Shown here piece after piece: positions 19,236 through 29,168 of a stretch of 64,000 nucleotides of DNA. The notes beneath the pieces are model-generated. The model was not told where the DNA came from. It was given only the letters and a program-made list of their open reading frames with translations, and made no database searches. How positions within the stretch are numbered: position 1 is the first letter of the stretch; each line of letters starts with the position of its first letter. The translations under genes were made by a program, and so were the position numbers. Source of the DNA: Planctomycetota bacterium (GTDB taxonomy: Bacteria > Planctomycetota > Phycisphaerae > Phycisphaerales > SM1A02); contig JADFFQ010000009.1 in the NCBI GenBank assembly GCA_022568135.1, forward strand, positions 4,741 to 68,740. The letters run 5' to 3'.

Positions 19236-20855
19236 ATGATCTACGCCCTCAACATTGTCCTCATCGCGCTGGTCGCGATGATCGCATACTGGTGGGCCAA
19301 TCAAGGCTTGTTCAGCGCGATCATTCATTTGCTGTGCGTGATTGTTGCCGGGGCGATCGCGTTGGCCTTTTGGGAGCCGGTGACGGTCGGCCTGCTGCTG
19401 CGCGGCAACGCATTCGATAACTATGCCTGGGGCGTCAGCCTGGTTGGTCTGTTCGTCGCGGTGCTGCTCCCCCTGCGATTGGCCACCAACAAGCTCATTC
19501 CCGCCAACGTTGACCTGCCACACTGGGCCAATCTCGCCTTCGGCTTCCCGGTCGGCGCGGCGTCGGGCGTGCTAACAATCGGAATGGTGATCATCGGCAT
19601 TGGGTTCATTCAATCGGAGCGGGAGATCTTTGGATATGTCGGGTCGGCCCGCAGCGCCAGGACCGGCCAGGTCGGTGCGGTCGGATCGAGAATGTGGCTG
19701 CCGTTCCACAAATGGACCGACGAGTTCTACAGCCAGCTGAGCGTGGGCTCGTTGAGCACCCCCCGGCCGCTTCGACACTACTACCCCAACCTGTCGGATC
19801 AAGCGGTTTCGCTCATACGAGATTCCTATGGTGGCGGGCGCGGCCAGGTTTCGCTACCACCGTCTGCGGCCTCGGTTGATGCTGTGTTTGTCTGCCCCGA
19901 TCTGGGACGATGCGCGGTCAAGGTGCGGTTCGGCCGGGGCGCCAGGGACTTTGGCGAGCAGTTGACGATCTCAGCGGCCCAGCTGCGCTTGATCGCATGG
20001 GCGCAAGGGAAAGATAAGCCCTTCGTATCGTTCCCGGTGAGCTGGACGCAGGAAATTAAGGGTGGGGGAATCGGAACCTTTCTTTTCGACGACTTATCGC
20101 ATTACATCACGAGTGTCCCCGGCCGCGAAGCCGCGGACGTGCTGATCGTGTTTCCGTTTCCCGCCGAGCTCGAGCCGCGATTCATTCAGATCAAGGGGAC
20201 GCGGTACGACCTTCCGCGCGTCCAGAAGCTGACGAGGCAGGCGTACGAGGCAGTTCTCAGCGGCATGGGGGAAACTTCCCTAACGGTCGGGCCGCCGCCG
20301 GATTTGGCCGGGGCCCGCCCGCTTGATGACGCTGATATCAGCCTTTCCAACACCATCCGCCCGGTGACCGTCAGCAGCAACCAGCTTCCGGGCACAATAA
20401 AGGAATCGAACAAGTTCCTGGTCAGCGGTGACGGCCACTTCAAGAAGGGCAGAGGCATGATCTCTCGAGCGTTACGGATCAAGGGCATCAACGAGCCTGC
20501 CGGCACGAGAATCGTCCAGCTCAACGTCAGCCGGGGAAGCTCCGCAGACATCTTCGGACCCCTGCGGGACCGGGCCGGCGCTAAGGCGCGACCCGTCCTG
20601 ATCGACAGTCAAGGCCACCAATACTCACCCATTGGCTTTATCCACGTGAACCCCGAGGGCGTCAGAATCTTCCTGGACCCCACTCGGGGCATCGCGTCAG
20701 CGGACGATCTGCCCCATCTTCCGACCACCGGCGACCAGGAGCTGCGGTTGGTGTTTCGGGTCACCGACAGCGTCACCATCGTTGGCTTTCGGCTGGGCGA
20801 CGTCTCCGTCGGCACATGCAACCTGATCGTGACCGAGAGAAGAAGAAGACGGTAG
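19236..20855 (+). CDS. CvpA-like N-terminal membrane domain protein with a large C-terminal extramembrane domain.
   Basis: MIYALNIVLIALVAMIAYWWANQGLFSAIIHLLCVIVAGAIALAFWEP followed by further TM helices, then roughly 400 aa that are not hydrophobic. Confidence 0.45.
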   Translation: MIYALNIVLIALVAMIAYWWANQGLFSAIIHLLCVIVAGAIALAFWEPVTVGLLLRGNAFDNYAWGVSLVGLFVAVLLPLRLATNKLIPANVDLPHWANLAFGFPVGAASGVLTIGMVIIGIGFIQSEREIFGYVGSARSARTGQVGAVGSRMWLPFHKWTDEFYSQLSVGSLSTPRPLRHYYPNLSDQAVSLIRDSYGGGRGQVSLPPSAASVDAVFVCPDLGRCAVKVRFGRGARDFGEQLTISAAQLRLIAWAQGKDKPFVSFPVSWTQEIKGGGIGTFLFDDLSHYITSVPGREAADVLIVFPFPAELEPRFIQIKGTRYDLPRVQKLTRQAYEAVLSGMGETSLTVGPPPDLAGARPLDDADISLSNTIRPVTVSSNQLPGTIKESNKFLVSGDGHFKKGRGMISRALRIKGINEPAGTRIVQLNVSRGSSADIFGPLRDRAGAKARPVLIDSQGHQYSPIGFIHVNPEGVRIFLDPTRGIASADDLPHLPTTGDQELRLVFRVTDSVTIVGFRLGDVSVGTCNLIVTERRRRR

Positions 20856-20980
20856 CGCCGGCCGCGGCGGAGACGCATAGCCGGCGGGCTACGCCCGCCG
20901 GTACCGGGACGCGTAGCGTCCCGGCTGCGCGAAGGACTACTTGCGAGACCGGAAGTAGGCAACAAGACCGCCCCGGCAGG

Positions 20981-22378
20981 TTACCGCCCGGAAGGTGGAC
21001 GGGGTACGCTGACTGATTCCGTCACGCCGGCGCCGTCGCTTCTGAGCAGGCGCTCGATGTAGCAAATGTCGAATTCCGCATCAATGAACTGGCGCTCGTC
21101 CATCAATCGCCGGTGCAACGGAATCGTCGTCTTGATCGGCCCGATTCGGAACTCCCCGAGCGCGCCGCGCATCCTGGCGATCGCCTGGTCGCGGCTGGAA
21201 CCGTGAACAATCAACTTGGCGATCATCGAATCGTAGTCCGGCGGAATGCGATAGCCGCAGCAACAGTGCGTATCCAGACGAACGCCGATTCCTCCCGGGG
21301 GTGAGAACTCGGTCACCAGCCCCGGCTGCGGTATGAAGCCGCGCTGGGGATCTTCGGCGTTGATTCGACATTCGATGGAATGCCCTCGCAGCGTGATGTC
21401 CCGCTGCTTCCACGGCAAGGGTTCTCCTGCAGCGATGCGGATCATCTCCTTGACGATGTCGATGCCGGTGACCATTTCCGTGACCGGATGTTCCACCTGG
21501 ATGCGAGTGTTCACTTCGAGCATGAAGAAGTTCTGATCGCGATCCATGAGGAACTCAACGGTGGCCGCGCCGGCATACTCGGCCCGGCGGATCAGTTCCG
21601 CTGCGGCTTTGGCGATGGCGTCGCGCTTCTTGGGGTCCACGCCCGGAGCAGGGGCCTCTTCGATCAGCTTCTGGTGGCGGCGCTGGGACGTACAGTCTCG
21701 ATCGAACAGGTGCACGGAATTGCCGTGCTTGTCGCCGAGCACCTGAATCTCGACGTGCCGGGCCTCTTCCAGGTACTTCTCAATGTAGACGGCGCCGTTG
21801 CCGAAGGCGGCCTGGGCCTCCTGCGATGCCGCCGCGATGCCCGGCCGCAGCGCCATCTCGTTATGAGCGACGCGCATGCCCCGGCCACCCCCGCCGGACG
21901 CGGCTTTGACGATCACCGGGTACCCGATTTCAGAAGCCAGCTTGACCGCGTCATCCTCTGATTCGATCGCCTTGTCGCTTCCAGGGAAGATCGGTGTCCG
22001 CGAGGCCTTGGCCATCCGCCGGCATGACAGCTTGTCGCCTAGCAGGCTCATCGCTTCCGGGCTCGGGCCGATGAACTCGATGTGACAGTCGCGGCAAACC
22101 TCGGCGAAATGGGCGTTCTCGGCCAGGAACCCATAGCCGGGATGAATGGCGTCAACGTTGGCGATCTCAGCCGCGGAGATGATTCGGTCGATCCGCAGAT
22201 ACGACTCGCTGGCCTCTGCGGGGCCGATGCAGATTGTCTGGTCAGCGAATTCCAGCCACGGGCCGTCCGCATCGGCCTGAGAATAGACACACACCGTCTC
22301 GATGCCCAGCTCACGCGCTGCGCGAATGATCCGAAGTGCGATCTCCGCTCGATTGGCGATTAGAATGCGACTGAACAT
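20981..22378 (-). CDS. accC: Acetyl-CoA carboxylase biotin carboxylase subunit.
   Basis: MFSRILIANRAEIALRIIRAARELGIETV..., ATP-grasp fold, 465 aa. Confidence 0.95.
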   Translation of the reverse strand: MFSRILIANRAEIALRIIRAARELGIETVCVYSQADADGPWLEFADQTICIGPAEASESYLRIDRIISAAEIANVDAIHPGYGFLAENAHFAEVCRDCHIEFIGPSPEAMSLLGDKLSCRRMAKASRTPIFPGSDKAIESEDDAVKLASEIGYPVIVKAASGGGGRGMRVAHNEMALRPGIAAASQEAQAAFGNGAVYIEKYLEEARHVEIQVLGDKHGNSVHLFDRDCTSQRRHQKLIEEAPAPGVDPKKRDAIAKAAAELIRRAEYAGAATVEFLMDRDQNFFMLEVNTRIQVEHPVTEMVTGIDIVKEMIRIAAGEPLPWKQRDITLRGHSIECRINAEDPQRGFIPQPGLVTEFSPPGGIGVRLDTHCCCGYRIPPDYDSMIAKLIVHGSSRDQAIARMRGALGEFRIGPIKTTIPLHRRLMDERQFIDAEFDICYIERLLRSDGAGVTESVSVPRPPSGR

Positions 22379-22524
22379 GGGGCAACCGAATCAGTCCCAA
22401 AGGCGCCAAGGTGGCTCCGAGCAGGCGCCTCCCCGAGCCCGGCATCGGGCGACACGCACGAATCGTCGGTCCCATGGCGACGTTGCCGGGGCCGAACAAG
22501 GCCCGGTTCGCCCTGCACTATCAC

Positions 22525-23004
22525 TCAACTCGGCCTCACGATGAAAAGCGGCTGGCCGAATTCAATCGATTCACCATTGTTCACCAGGACCTTCTCGATG
22601 GTCCCGGAGCATTCGGCCTTGATCTCGTTGAAGATCTTCATCGCCTCGATCATGCAAACTACGGTGTCCGGGTCCACGGACGAGCCCACAGCCACGAACG
22701 GGGAGGAGTCCGGATTCGACGCGGCGTAGAACGTGCCGACCATCGGACTTTCGATCGTCGCGAGCCCCTGTTCGCCGGCCGCCTCGGGTGCAGCCATGGG
22801 CTCCGAGGCCGACGCGGGCGTGCTTGGCCCTGCGGTCGCCGCCGACGCCGGCGGGGCGCCGGCTGCCACCACCACTTGCGGCACCTGGTTGAGACCATCC
22901 CGCCGAAGCGTCACCTGCTCCTCGCTGTCACGAAGATCCAGTTCGGTGAGGTCGTTGGCGACCATCAAGCGCACCAGCTCCTTGAGCTTGCGAATGTCAA
23001 TCAT
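22525..23004 (-). CDS. accB: Acetyl-CoA carboxylase biotin carboxyl carrier protein.
   Basis: Pro/Ala linker, then CMIEAMKIFNEIKAECSGTIEKVLVNNGESIEFGQPLFIV, the biotinyl-lysine motif. Confidence 0.9.
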   Translation of the reverse strand: MIDIRKLKELVRLMVANDLTELDLRDSEEQVTLRRDGLNQVPQVVVAAGAPPASAATAGPSTPASASEPMAAPEAAGEQGLATIESPMVGTFYAASNPDSSPFVAVGSSVDPDTVVCMIEAMKIFNEIKAECSGTIEKVLVNNGESIEFGQPLFIVRPS

Positions 23005-23015
23005 GGCATGGTCCT

Positions 23016-24176
23016 CTACCTCGCCGGTCCACTCGCCACGGCGGGCTCGATCACCGACGCCGCTGGATCCTTCGGGTAATCCGTAAGCACTCGGCAGCCG
23101 TCATCAGTGATCAGGACATCGTCCTCAATGCGTACACCGCCAACGCCCGGAACATAGATCCCCGGCTCGACCGTCATCACCATCCCCGGCTCGAGCACAA
23201 CATCGGTGGCAAGCTGGTTGAAATAGGGGTCTTCGTGGATGTCCAGGCCCAGGCCGTGGCCAAGACCGTGTCCGAATTGCTCGCCATATCCCGCCGCGTC
23301 GATCAGCCTGCGAGCCACGGCGTCGATTTCGGCGCACGTCTTGCCAGGCCGGCAGGCGTCGATCGCAGCACGCTGGGCGTCCAGCACGATCAGATAGATC
23401 TCGCGAACCTTCTGCGGCAGTTGGCCGACGCCGAACGTCCTGGTCATGTCCGAGCAGTAGCCGTCAACGACGGCGCCCCAATCAATGAGCAGTGTCCCCT
23501 CTTGGATCTCTGTGGGGCCGCTGACGTAGTGAATGATCGAGCTGCGCGCCCCGGCCGCGACCATGGTTGGGAAGCTCGGACCGGTTGCTCCCCGCGCTTT
23601 CATCTCATATTCGAGCACGGCGGTCAGCTCCAATTCGGTCATGCCCATAGAAAGCCGGCCAAGGGCCTCGTCGAGTGCTTCCTGCTGAATCGCGATGGCA
23701 CGCTGGATTGTCGCGATCTCCAGATCGTCTTTGCGCATTCGGAGCCGCCCGATCAGCCCCTCGGTATCGACCAGGCTTGACTCGCCGAGGACCGCCCCGA
23801 GCGTTGCCCGCTTGGTGACGGTGAGATGTTCCGCCTGAACGCCCAGGCGCTTCACGCCGCTGCCTCGACAATGTTGCTGCACAGACTGCTCCAGACGGTG
23901 CCTGGTGCCCAGGATGACTTCCGCGATGGGGCTCTGCCGCCAGGGTTCGAGGAATTCGTCGTACCGGGCGTCGCTGATGATCGCCACGGCATCACCCGAG
24001 ATCACCAAAAGGCTGTCATCGCCGATGAACCCAGTCAGATACCGGATATCCTTGGCGTTCGAGACCAGTAGTGCGTCGAGTTCGCGACCAGCCAGCACCT
24101 CACCAAGGCGATGCCGGCGGGCTGAACAGGCGGCGATGGTGGCCGCTGACACGGGCTCATGGCCGGGCGTGCTCAT
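23016..24176 (-). CDS. pepP: Xaa-Pro aminopeptidase (M24 family).
   Basis: DGYCSDMTRTFGVG, HGLGHGLGLDIHE and the VEPGIY..GGVRIEDD metal-ligand motifs. The start may be upstream at 24254. Confidence 0.8.
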   Translation of the reverse strand: MSTPGHEPVSAATIAACSARRHRLGEVLAGRELDALLVSNAKDIRYLTGFIGDDSLLVISGDAVAIISDARYDEFLEPWRQSPIAEVILGTRHRLEQSVQQHCRGSGVKRLGVQAEHLTVTKRATLGAVLGESSLVDTEGLIGRLRMRKDDLEIATIQRAIAIQQEALDEALGRLSMGMTELELTAVLEYEMKARGATGPSFPTMVAAGARSSIIHYVSGPTEIQEGTLLIDWGAVVDGYCSDMTRTFGVGQLPQKVREIYLIVLDAQRAAIDACRPGKTCAEIDAVARRLIDAAGYGEQFGHGLGHGLGLDIHEDPYFNQLATDVVLEPGMVMTVEPGIYVPGVGGVRIEDDVLITDDGCRVLTDYPKDPAASVIEPAVASGPAR

Positions 24177-24238
24177 CGGCCAATAGTATAACATCGCCGC
24201 GATCTTGCAGCCATCTGTTGCGAACTGCCATGTTTCTT

Positions 24239-24973
24239 CTAGAGTTTGTCCCAAACGTCGCGGTCACGAAGGGACACCGGCAGATCGAGCAGCTCCTTGA
24301 GCACGATCATGCGCCGCAGGGTCTGTGCCCGGGGGGTATCGTCTGCGCCGAAGAGGGGGTGCCCGAGGTGCTGTGGCGAGGCGGGCGGTTGTGGTCTCTG
24401 TTCCGGAGCCGATCGAGCAGGCTGCAGGAGCGTCTGCGACTCCGTGCCGATCGTCGTCAGCGGTGGTTCAGCCGGAGCGGGCATCATCGTCGCCTGGGGT
24501 CGCTGCGGCCGCTGGGCGGTCGGCTGGCGGGCTGGCCGACGCGGGACGGGGGCGACGCCGACCGGCGCACGAGCAGGGCTGGCCACGGCGGGTCCGGTTC
24601 GGGCCTGGAGCTGTTGGGGGGCATACCGCTGGCTGGGCTGTCGTGCAGCTGGGCTTGATGGCAGCGGGAATGGCGTGCGGGCCGCTGGTGGGGCTGACGT
24701 CGCCGCGGATGGACCGGTGGGCACATGCAATTGGGGCTCTGCTCGGCTACCCACGTGGCGGGCCCGAAGCTCCTGAATCTGGGCTCGGCGACGAGCCACA
24801 AGATCGTCGATGCCGGATGCCGTGCTGCGGGCCGTCGCCTGACCACGGCGTTGCTCGGCCGGGTCCTTGAGACGCTGTTCCTTCTGCTTCTTATTCAGCC
24901 GCTCAGCCAGCGAGCCGAGCAGTTGCCAGGCGACAATGGCCAGGACGATCACCCACCAGTACTTATTGAACAT
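24239..24973 (-). CDS. Hypothetical protein with an N-terminal TM helix and a Pro/Ala-rich region.
   Basis: MFNKYWWVIVLAIVAWQLLG TM helix. Same strand as its neighbours. The composition is partly low-complexity. Confidence 0.35.
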   Translation of the reverse strand: MFNKYWWVIVLAIVAWQLLGSLAERLNKKQKEQRLKDPAEQRRGQATARSTASGIDDLVARRRAQIQELRARHVGSRAEPQLHVPTGPSAATSAPPAARTPFPLPSSPAARQPSQRYAPQQLQARTGPAVASPARAPVGVAPVPRRPARQPTAQRPQRPQATMMPAPAEPPLTTIGTESQTLLQPARSAPEQRPQPPASPQHLGHPLFGADDTPRAQTLRRMIVLKELLDLPVSLRDRDVWDKL

Positions 24974-25001
24974 GAGCAGATTATAGGCGATCGGCGGCCG
25001 A

Positions 25002-25625
25002 TCACGTCCTTGCGACGAGGTTCGGCTTTGGTTGCCCCGGCTCGACCAACTCGAACCTGATGCCTAAAAGCCGCTTGCGTCCGGTCGCGCCGCCCGTCAG
25101 CGCTTGGGTTACGACGGCGTAGGTCCCGAAGAACACACCCGACCAAAGCAGGTCGCCGAGGACCGTGAATTTAAAGAATGGCACCGCCGCGACGTAGCAC
25201 TGCCACAATCCGGCCGGCGAGTGGGCGTAGAGGGGCGCGAACAGCCAGACCGCGAAGTTTGTGCTGAGGAAGAAGAAGACTGACCCGGAGGCGGCGCAAG
25301 CGCCGACTCTTAGGGCAGTCACCTTTGGTCGCAGCAACGGCCGTAGCGCGACGGGGAAGAGAAAAGCGCCGTAGACGATCAACATGATGCCGAGATGGTA
25401 GGTACCCAAGCGCAGGTCACTGAATGCTAAGATCGCCACAGGAACGAACACTGCGACGGCGCGGCGGGTAAAGAAGAAGCCTGCAAAAAGGGCTGCGGCG
25501 GCAACCGGGGTGAAGTTCGGCGGGTGCGGCAGGAGACGACCCGCGATTCCCACGCCCAGCAAGAGCGCAAAGACAAGTACCGCTAGCAGGGTTCGCCGGC
25601 CTGGTCTGAAAGCCCATTTGTTCAT
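25002..25625 (-). CDS. Polytopic membrane protein; possibly an ECF-type S-component-like protein.
   Basis: Five to six TM helices. An LPHPPNFTPVAAAALFAG motif is present. Directly downstream of the DUF4430 gene. Confidence 0.45.
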   Translation of the reverse strand: MNKWAFRPGRRTLLAVLVFALLLGVGIAGRLLPHPPNFTPVAAAALFAGFFFTRRAVAVFVPVAILAFSDLRLGTYHLGIMLIVYGAFLFPVALRPLLRPKVTALRVGACAASGSVFFFLSTNFAVWLFAPLYAHSPAGLWQCYVAAVPFFKFTVLGDLLWSGVFFGTYAVVTQALTGGATGRKRLLGIRFELVEPGQPKPNLVART

Positions 25626-25635
25626 AGCGGCCTCG

Positions 25636-26082
25636 TCATTGATCCTTCCCGGCATCGAATCTCCACAGGACAACGTCGGAGGGTTGCAGCTTCTGGACCC
25701 CGAAGCTCTTGTCGGCGAATTCCGTGTTGACCCAATAGAGCCAGTTCTTGTGATCTGCGCCGCCGCCTTCGTTTTCGAGGTCATCGATCCTGGTCAGCAG
25801 CGCCGTCTGCCCCGATCCTTTGTACTCGAAGATGATGCCGTGAGGTGAACTCTTCGCCTGATTCATGGCGTCGAAAACGGTCATGTCCTTGCGCCAATGA
25901 ATCGCCGTGAAGTGCTTCTGCACTCCGTCGTTGTAGTCTACGACGAGTCGCACGCGGTGCCCGGCTGGGCCGCTTGCCGACCAGCCAGCAAAGGCCAAGG
26001 CAGTCAACGAAACGGTCGCCGGCGCGATTACAGCGACGATACCCAGAGCAAGAGCGGATGGAAGGATACGAGACGCTTTCAT
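25636..26082 (-). CDS. DUF4430-like secreted or anchored protein.
   Basis: Signal peptide, then FEYKGSGQTALLTRIDDLENEG...NWLYWVNTEFADKSFGVQKLQPSDVVLWRF, which matches the DUF4430 beta-domain pattern. Confidence 0.5.
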   Translation of the reverse strand: MKASRILPSALALGIVAVIAPATVSLTALAFAGWSASGPAGHRVRLVVDYNDGVQKHFTAIHWRKDMTVFDAMNQAKSSPHGIIFEYKGSGQTALLTRIDDLENEGGGADHKNWLYWVNTEFADKSFGVQKLQPSDVVLWRFDAGKDQ

Positions 26083-26322
26083 TTGGTTTGCCCCAGATTT
26101 AGGGCCGACGTCTTCAATAGGCGTGGCTCAATGGGTCTGCAAGGACAGGGATTGAACACGAAATCCAGGTGGTGCGTCAAGCGTAGAGTCCGTTCAGGGC
26201 GTCCCGGGCGGGTGCCCAAGACGCCGCTTGCGGCCCGAGCAGGACAACCGCCCCATGCCTTGGGGGTTGACCATCGCATCAGGCCGATTGTACAGTGGTC
26301 CTGAGCAACCAAGTCGTCCTAT

Positions 26323-27063
26323 TTGAGCGAAAGGGGGCGCGAAATGACATTGCTGTCCGGTATTCGCAATCTGGTTACGCGCAAGAAGACGCCTGTGGAG
26401 GTTGATTTGCGAGGCACGCAGGCCGAGAGATTGCCCGAGAGAGTCCAGGCGGCAGAGCCTTCGTTCGCCAACCGCTCCGCCTCCGCCGAGCCCAACGGCC
26501 CTGGGCGAGGATCGACCGCGGCGAAGCGGGGCGAGAGTGATGTCGCCAGCTTATTGGGCAAGATTGACGATCGTCTGGGGGCCCAGACCGACCAGACCCA
26601 GCGCCTCTTGCAACCGATGGAGAAGCTGCCCCAGGCGATGGATGCCCTGGCGGAAGTCAGCGGTAAATGCACGCAGATGATTGAACTTTCCCGCGATCAG
26701 GTTGATCAGACCAGGGCCCGCGAGGAGGCCATCAACGCCGCGTTGGGGCGCCTCAGCGACACGTCGGCACACGACGCCAAGGGGCTTCAGCAGGTTCAGC
26801 AGCAGCTCGATTTGAATACTCAAACAATCCGAGAGGCAGCGGAATCCATCGGCGCCGTCAGTCGAGACCTTCACGACGTTGCCAAGTCCACCCGTCGGAC
26901 GCTGGAAGTTCTCTCTGCCACAGACCGATCCGGTCAGGACCGCGACGCCAAGCTGCTTGGATTGCTGGGACGCGCGCAGAGAAGGCTGATCCTGATTGTG
27001 GGCCTCTGCGGAGCGACGTCAATCCTCGCAATCATCATGGCGGCGCTGGCGCTGCTGGCCTGA
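26323..27063 (+). CDS. Coiled-coil protein with a C-terminal TM anchor.
   Basis: Heptad-like Q/L-rich middle region. The C-terminus is LILIVGLCGATSILAIIMAALALLA. Confidence 0.4.
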   Translation: MSERGREMTLLSGIRNLVTRKKTPVEVDLRGTQAERLPERVQAAEPSFANRSASAEPNGPGRGSTAAKRGESDVASLLGKIDDRLGAQTDQTQRLLQPMEKLPQAMDALAEVSGKCTQMIELSRDQVDQTRAREEAINAALGRLSDTSAHDAKGLQQVQQQLDLNTQTIREAAESIGAVSRDLHDVAKSTRRTLEVLSATDRSGQDRDAKLLGLLGRAQRRLILIVGLCGATSILAIIMAALALLA

Positions 27064-27123
27064 AAGTGACGGGCGCGAATGATCGTTGCCTATTTGTCGT
27101 AGCGAGCTGGGGTCGGCGTGGGC

Positions 27124-27147
27124 GAGCCGCGTCGTCCTCGACCGCGG
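27124..27147. repeat. 24-bp REP-like element (gagccgcgtcgtcctcgaccgcgg).
   Basis: Identical copies at 29169..29192 and 30573..30596, a one-mismatch copy at 29097..29120, and degenerate or inverted partial copies nearby (30556-30568, 30636-30657). Confidence 0.8.
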
Positions 27148-27238
27148 TTTCTTCCGGCGCGCAACGGGCGCCCGATGCAGGTCGGACGATACCGAGCTTG
27201 GGGACGAGCCGGCTCGCCGCCGGCTCGTGGCTGGGCGC

Positions 27239-29056
27239 TTAGCCGGCCGTGACCAATTGGGTCTTCGTGAGCCGTCGGTAGAGATCGCAATCTTCGAGAA
27301 GCTCCTCGTGCGAGCCCTCCGCGATGATGCGGCCGCCATCCATCACCACGATGCGGTCGGCGTTGAGCACCGTGGACAATCGATGGGCGATGAGCAGAGC
27401 CGTGCGACCCTGGCAGAACTCGGCCAGGGCGGCGTTGATCTGCGCCTCGGACTCGGCGTCAATCTGGCTGGTCGCCTCATCGAGAATGAGAATCGACGGG
27501 TCGCGCAGAATGGCCCGGGCGATGGCTAGACGCTGGCGCTGTCCGCCGGAGAGTGACGCGCCCTGCTCGGCGAGGTCGGTGTCGTACCCATTGGGCAGTT
27601 CGAGGACAAAATCTTCAGCGTGTGCCCGTCGGGCGGCGTCGATGATCTGCTTGCGGCTCGGGGCTCCCGCCCCGAAGCCGATATTCTCAGCGACGCTACC
27701 GCGAAACAAGACCGTCTCCTGCGTCACCACCCCAAATTGCCGGCGAAGACTGGTCAGATTGACGGTTGCAATGTCAGTACCATCGATCAACACCCGACCG
27801 GAATCCGGCTCGAGCAGGCGTGGGAGCAGGCTGATGAGCGTCGTCTTGCCGGAGCCGTTTGGCCCGACAAGGGCCAGCCGTTCACCGTGTGCGATCGTCA
27901 ACGTCAGCCGATCCACCGCCGGGCGATCCGACCCGGGGTAGGTGAACGAGACGTTGGCGAATTCGATTGCTTTGGAATGACGCGACAGGTTGGGCAGTCG
28001 CAGCCGGCCCGCTGCCTCGCGCGGTTGGGAGAGGATCTCATCAAGCCGTCCAGCGGGGGCGGCTGCGGCGTGCATCTCGTTGACCAGCCCGGCCAGTGGG
28101 CGAAACGATGCGCCCGCCACGGCCAGCGAACCCAGGGTGAGGACGAACCGCTCGAACGGGAGATTGCCGGCGATGATTTGCTTGGCGGCGAAAATGGCCA
28201 GGGAACCGAGGATCAACACGGCCAGCGTCTCCACGACCGGCCCCGTCAAGGCCCGGGCCGTGCGTACCCTGAGCTCCTGCTTCACGACCGCCTTGTTGAT
28301 GCGATGGAACCACCTTGCGGCGTGCCGCTCGCCGGTGTTGGCCTTGACCGCTCGCAGCCCGTGCAGCGTCTCGGTGGCGACCCGGAGCAGCCCTTCCTGG
28401 GCCTCGAGGGATCCCCGAGTGCCACGGCGGATCCGCTTGCCGAGCTTGCGGAGCACGATCAACAGCAACGGGGCCACCACGGCCGCCGAGAGCGCCAATC
28501 GCCAGTCGAAGACCAGCGCCGCGGCAAATGCGGCCAGTCCCTTGAGCACTTGTGTGACCGCCTTGCTCGTGACCGCGATGAATCCGCGTTGTAACTCAGC
28601 CGCATCTCGAACGATCCTGGCCACGAACTCCGAGGGCCCGCGGGCGATGACCCGGCTCAGCGGCAGGTGGAGCACGTGGCGATAGGTGTCCTGGCGGATG
28701 CGCGCGATGGTCTTCGTGGCCAGCGTCTGGCTCAGGTATTGATGCATGAAGTTCGCTGCGCCGCCCAGCACTGTAAGCACCGCGATCACGCAGATAATCA
28801 ACACCACGCCGTCGAACCGCTCCGCCGGGAGTCTGGCGATAATTTCGTCCGGGACCCGGATCCAACGCTCCGTCTCGTTGAATTGTCGGGCGAGCTGATC
28901 AAGTGAATCACCTCGCAGGATGAGCCGCAGCATCGGCCCAAGTGTGAGCAACCCCACGCCGAGCCCGCTGGCTGAGATGAGTGCAAAGACAAACGCCCAT
29001 GCCACCGTGGCCCGGTTCCGCAGCATCTGCCTGGCATAGGTCCAGAAGGCAGCCAT
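27239..29056 (-). CDS. ABC transporter, fused permease/ATP-binding protein (MsbA-like exporter).
   Basis: Six TM helices, Walker A GPNGSGKTT, signature LSGGQRQRLAIARA, Walker B ILILDEATS. Confidence 0.9.
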   Translation of the reverse strand: MAAFWTYARQMLRNRATVAWAFVFALISASGLGVGLLTLGPMLRLILRGDSLDQLARQFNETERWIRVPDEIIARLPAERFDGVVLIICVIAVLTVLGGAANFMHQYLSQTLATKTIARIRQDTYRHVLHLPLSRVIARGPSEFVARIVRDAAELQRGFIAVTSKAVTQVLKGLAAFAAALVFDWRLALSAAVVAPLLLIVLRKLGKRIRRGTRGSLEAQEGLLRVATETLHGLRAVKANTGERHAARWFHRINKAVVKQELRVRTARALTGPVVETLAVLILGSLAIFAAKQIIAGNLPFERFVLTLGSLAVAGASFRPLAGLVNEMHAAAAPAGRLDEILSQPREAAGRLRLPNLSRHSKAIEFANVSFTYPGSDRPAVDRLTLTIAHGERLALVGPNGSGKTTLISLLPRLLEPDSGRVLIDGTDIATVNLTSLRRQFGVVTQETVLFRGSVAENIGFGAGAPSRKQIIDAARRAHAEDFVLELPNGYDTDLAEQGASLSGGQRQRLAIARAILRDPSILILDEATSQIDAESEAQINAALAEFCQGRTALLIAHRLSTVLNADRIVVMDGGRIIAEGSHEELLEDCDLYRRLTKTQLVTAG

Positions 29057-29096
29057 AGTGCGGATAGTATTGCCTCTCGATACTCGCCCGTACAGC

Positions 29097-29120
29097 GAGC
29101 CGCGTCGTCCTCGACCACGG
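29097..29120. repeat. 24-bp REP-like element copy (1 mismatch).
   Basis: gagccgcgtcgtcctcgaccAcgg. Confidence 0.75.
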
Positions 29121-29168
29121 TTGCTGCGGGGCGGCCGTCCAGTGATTGGGTTCTTCGTTGGCTTGGGC

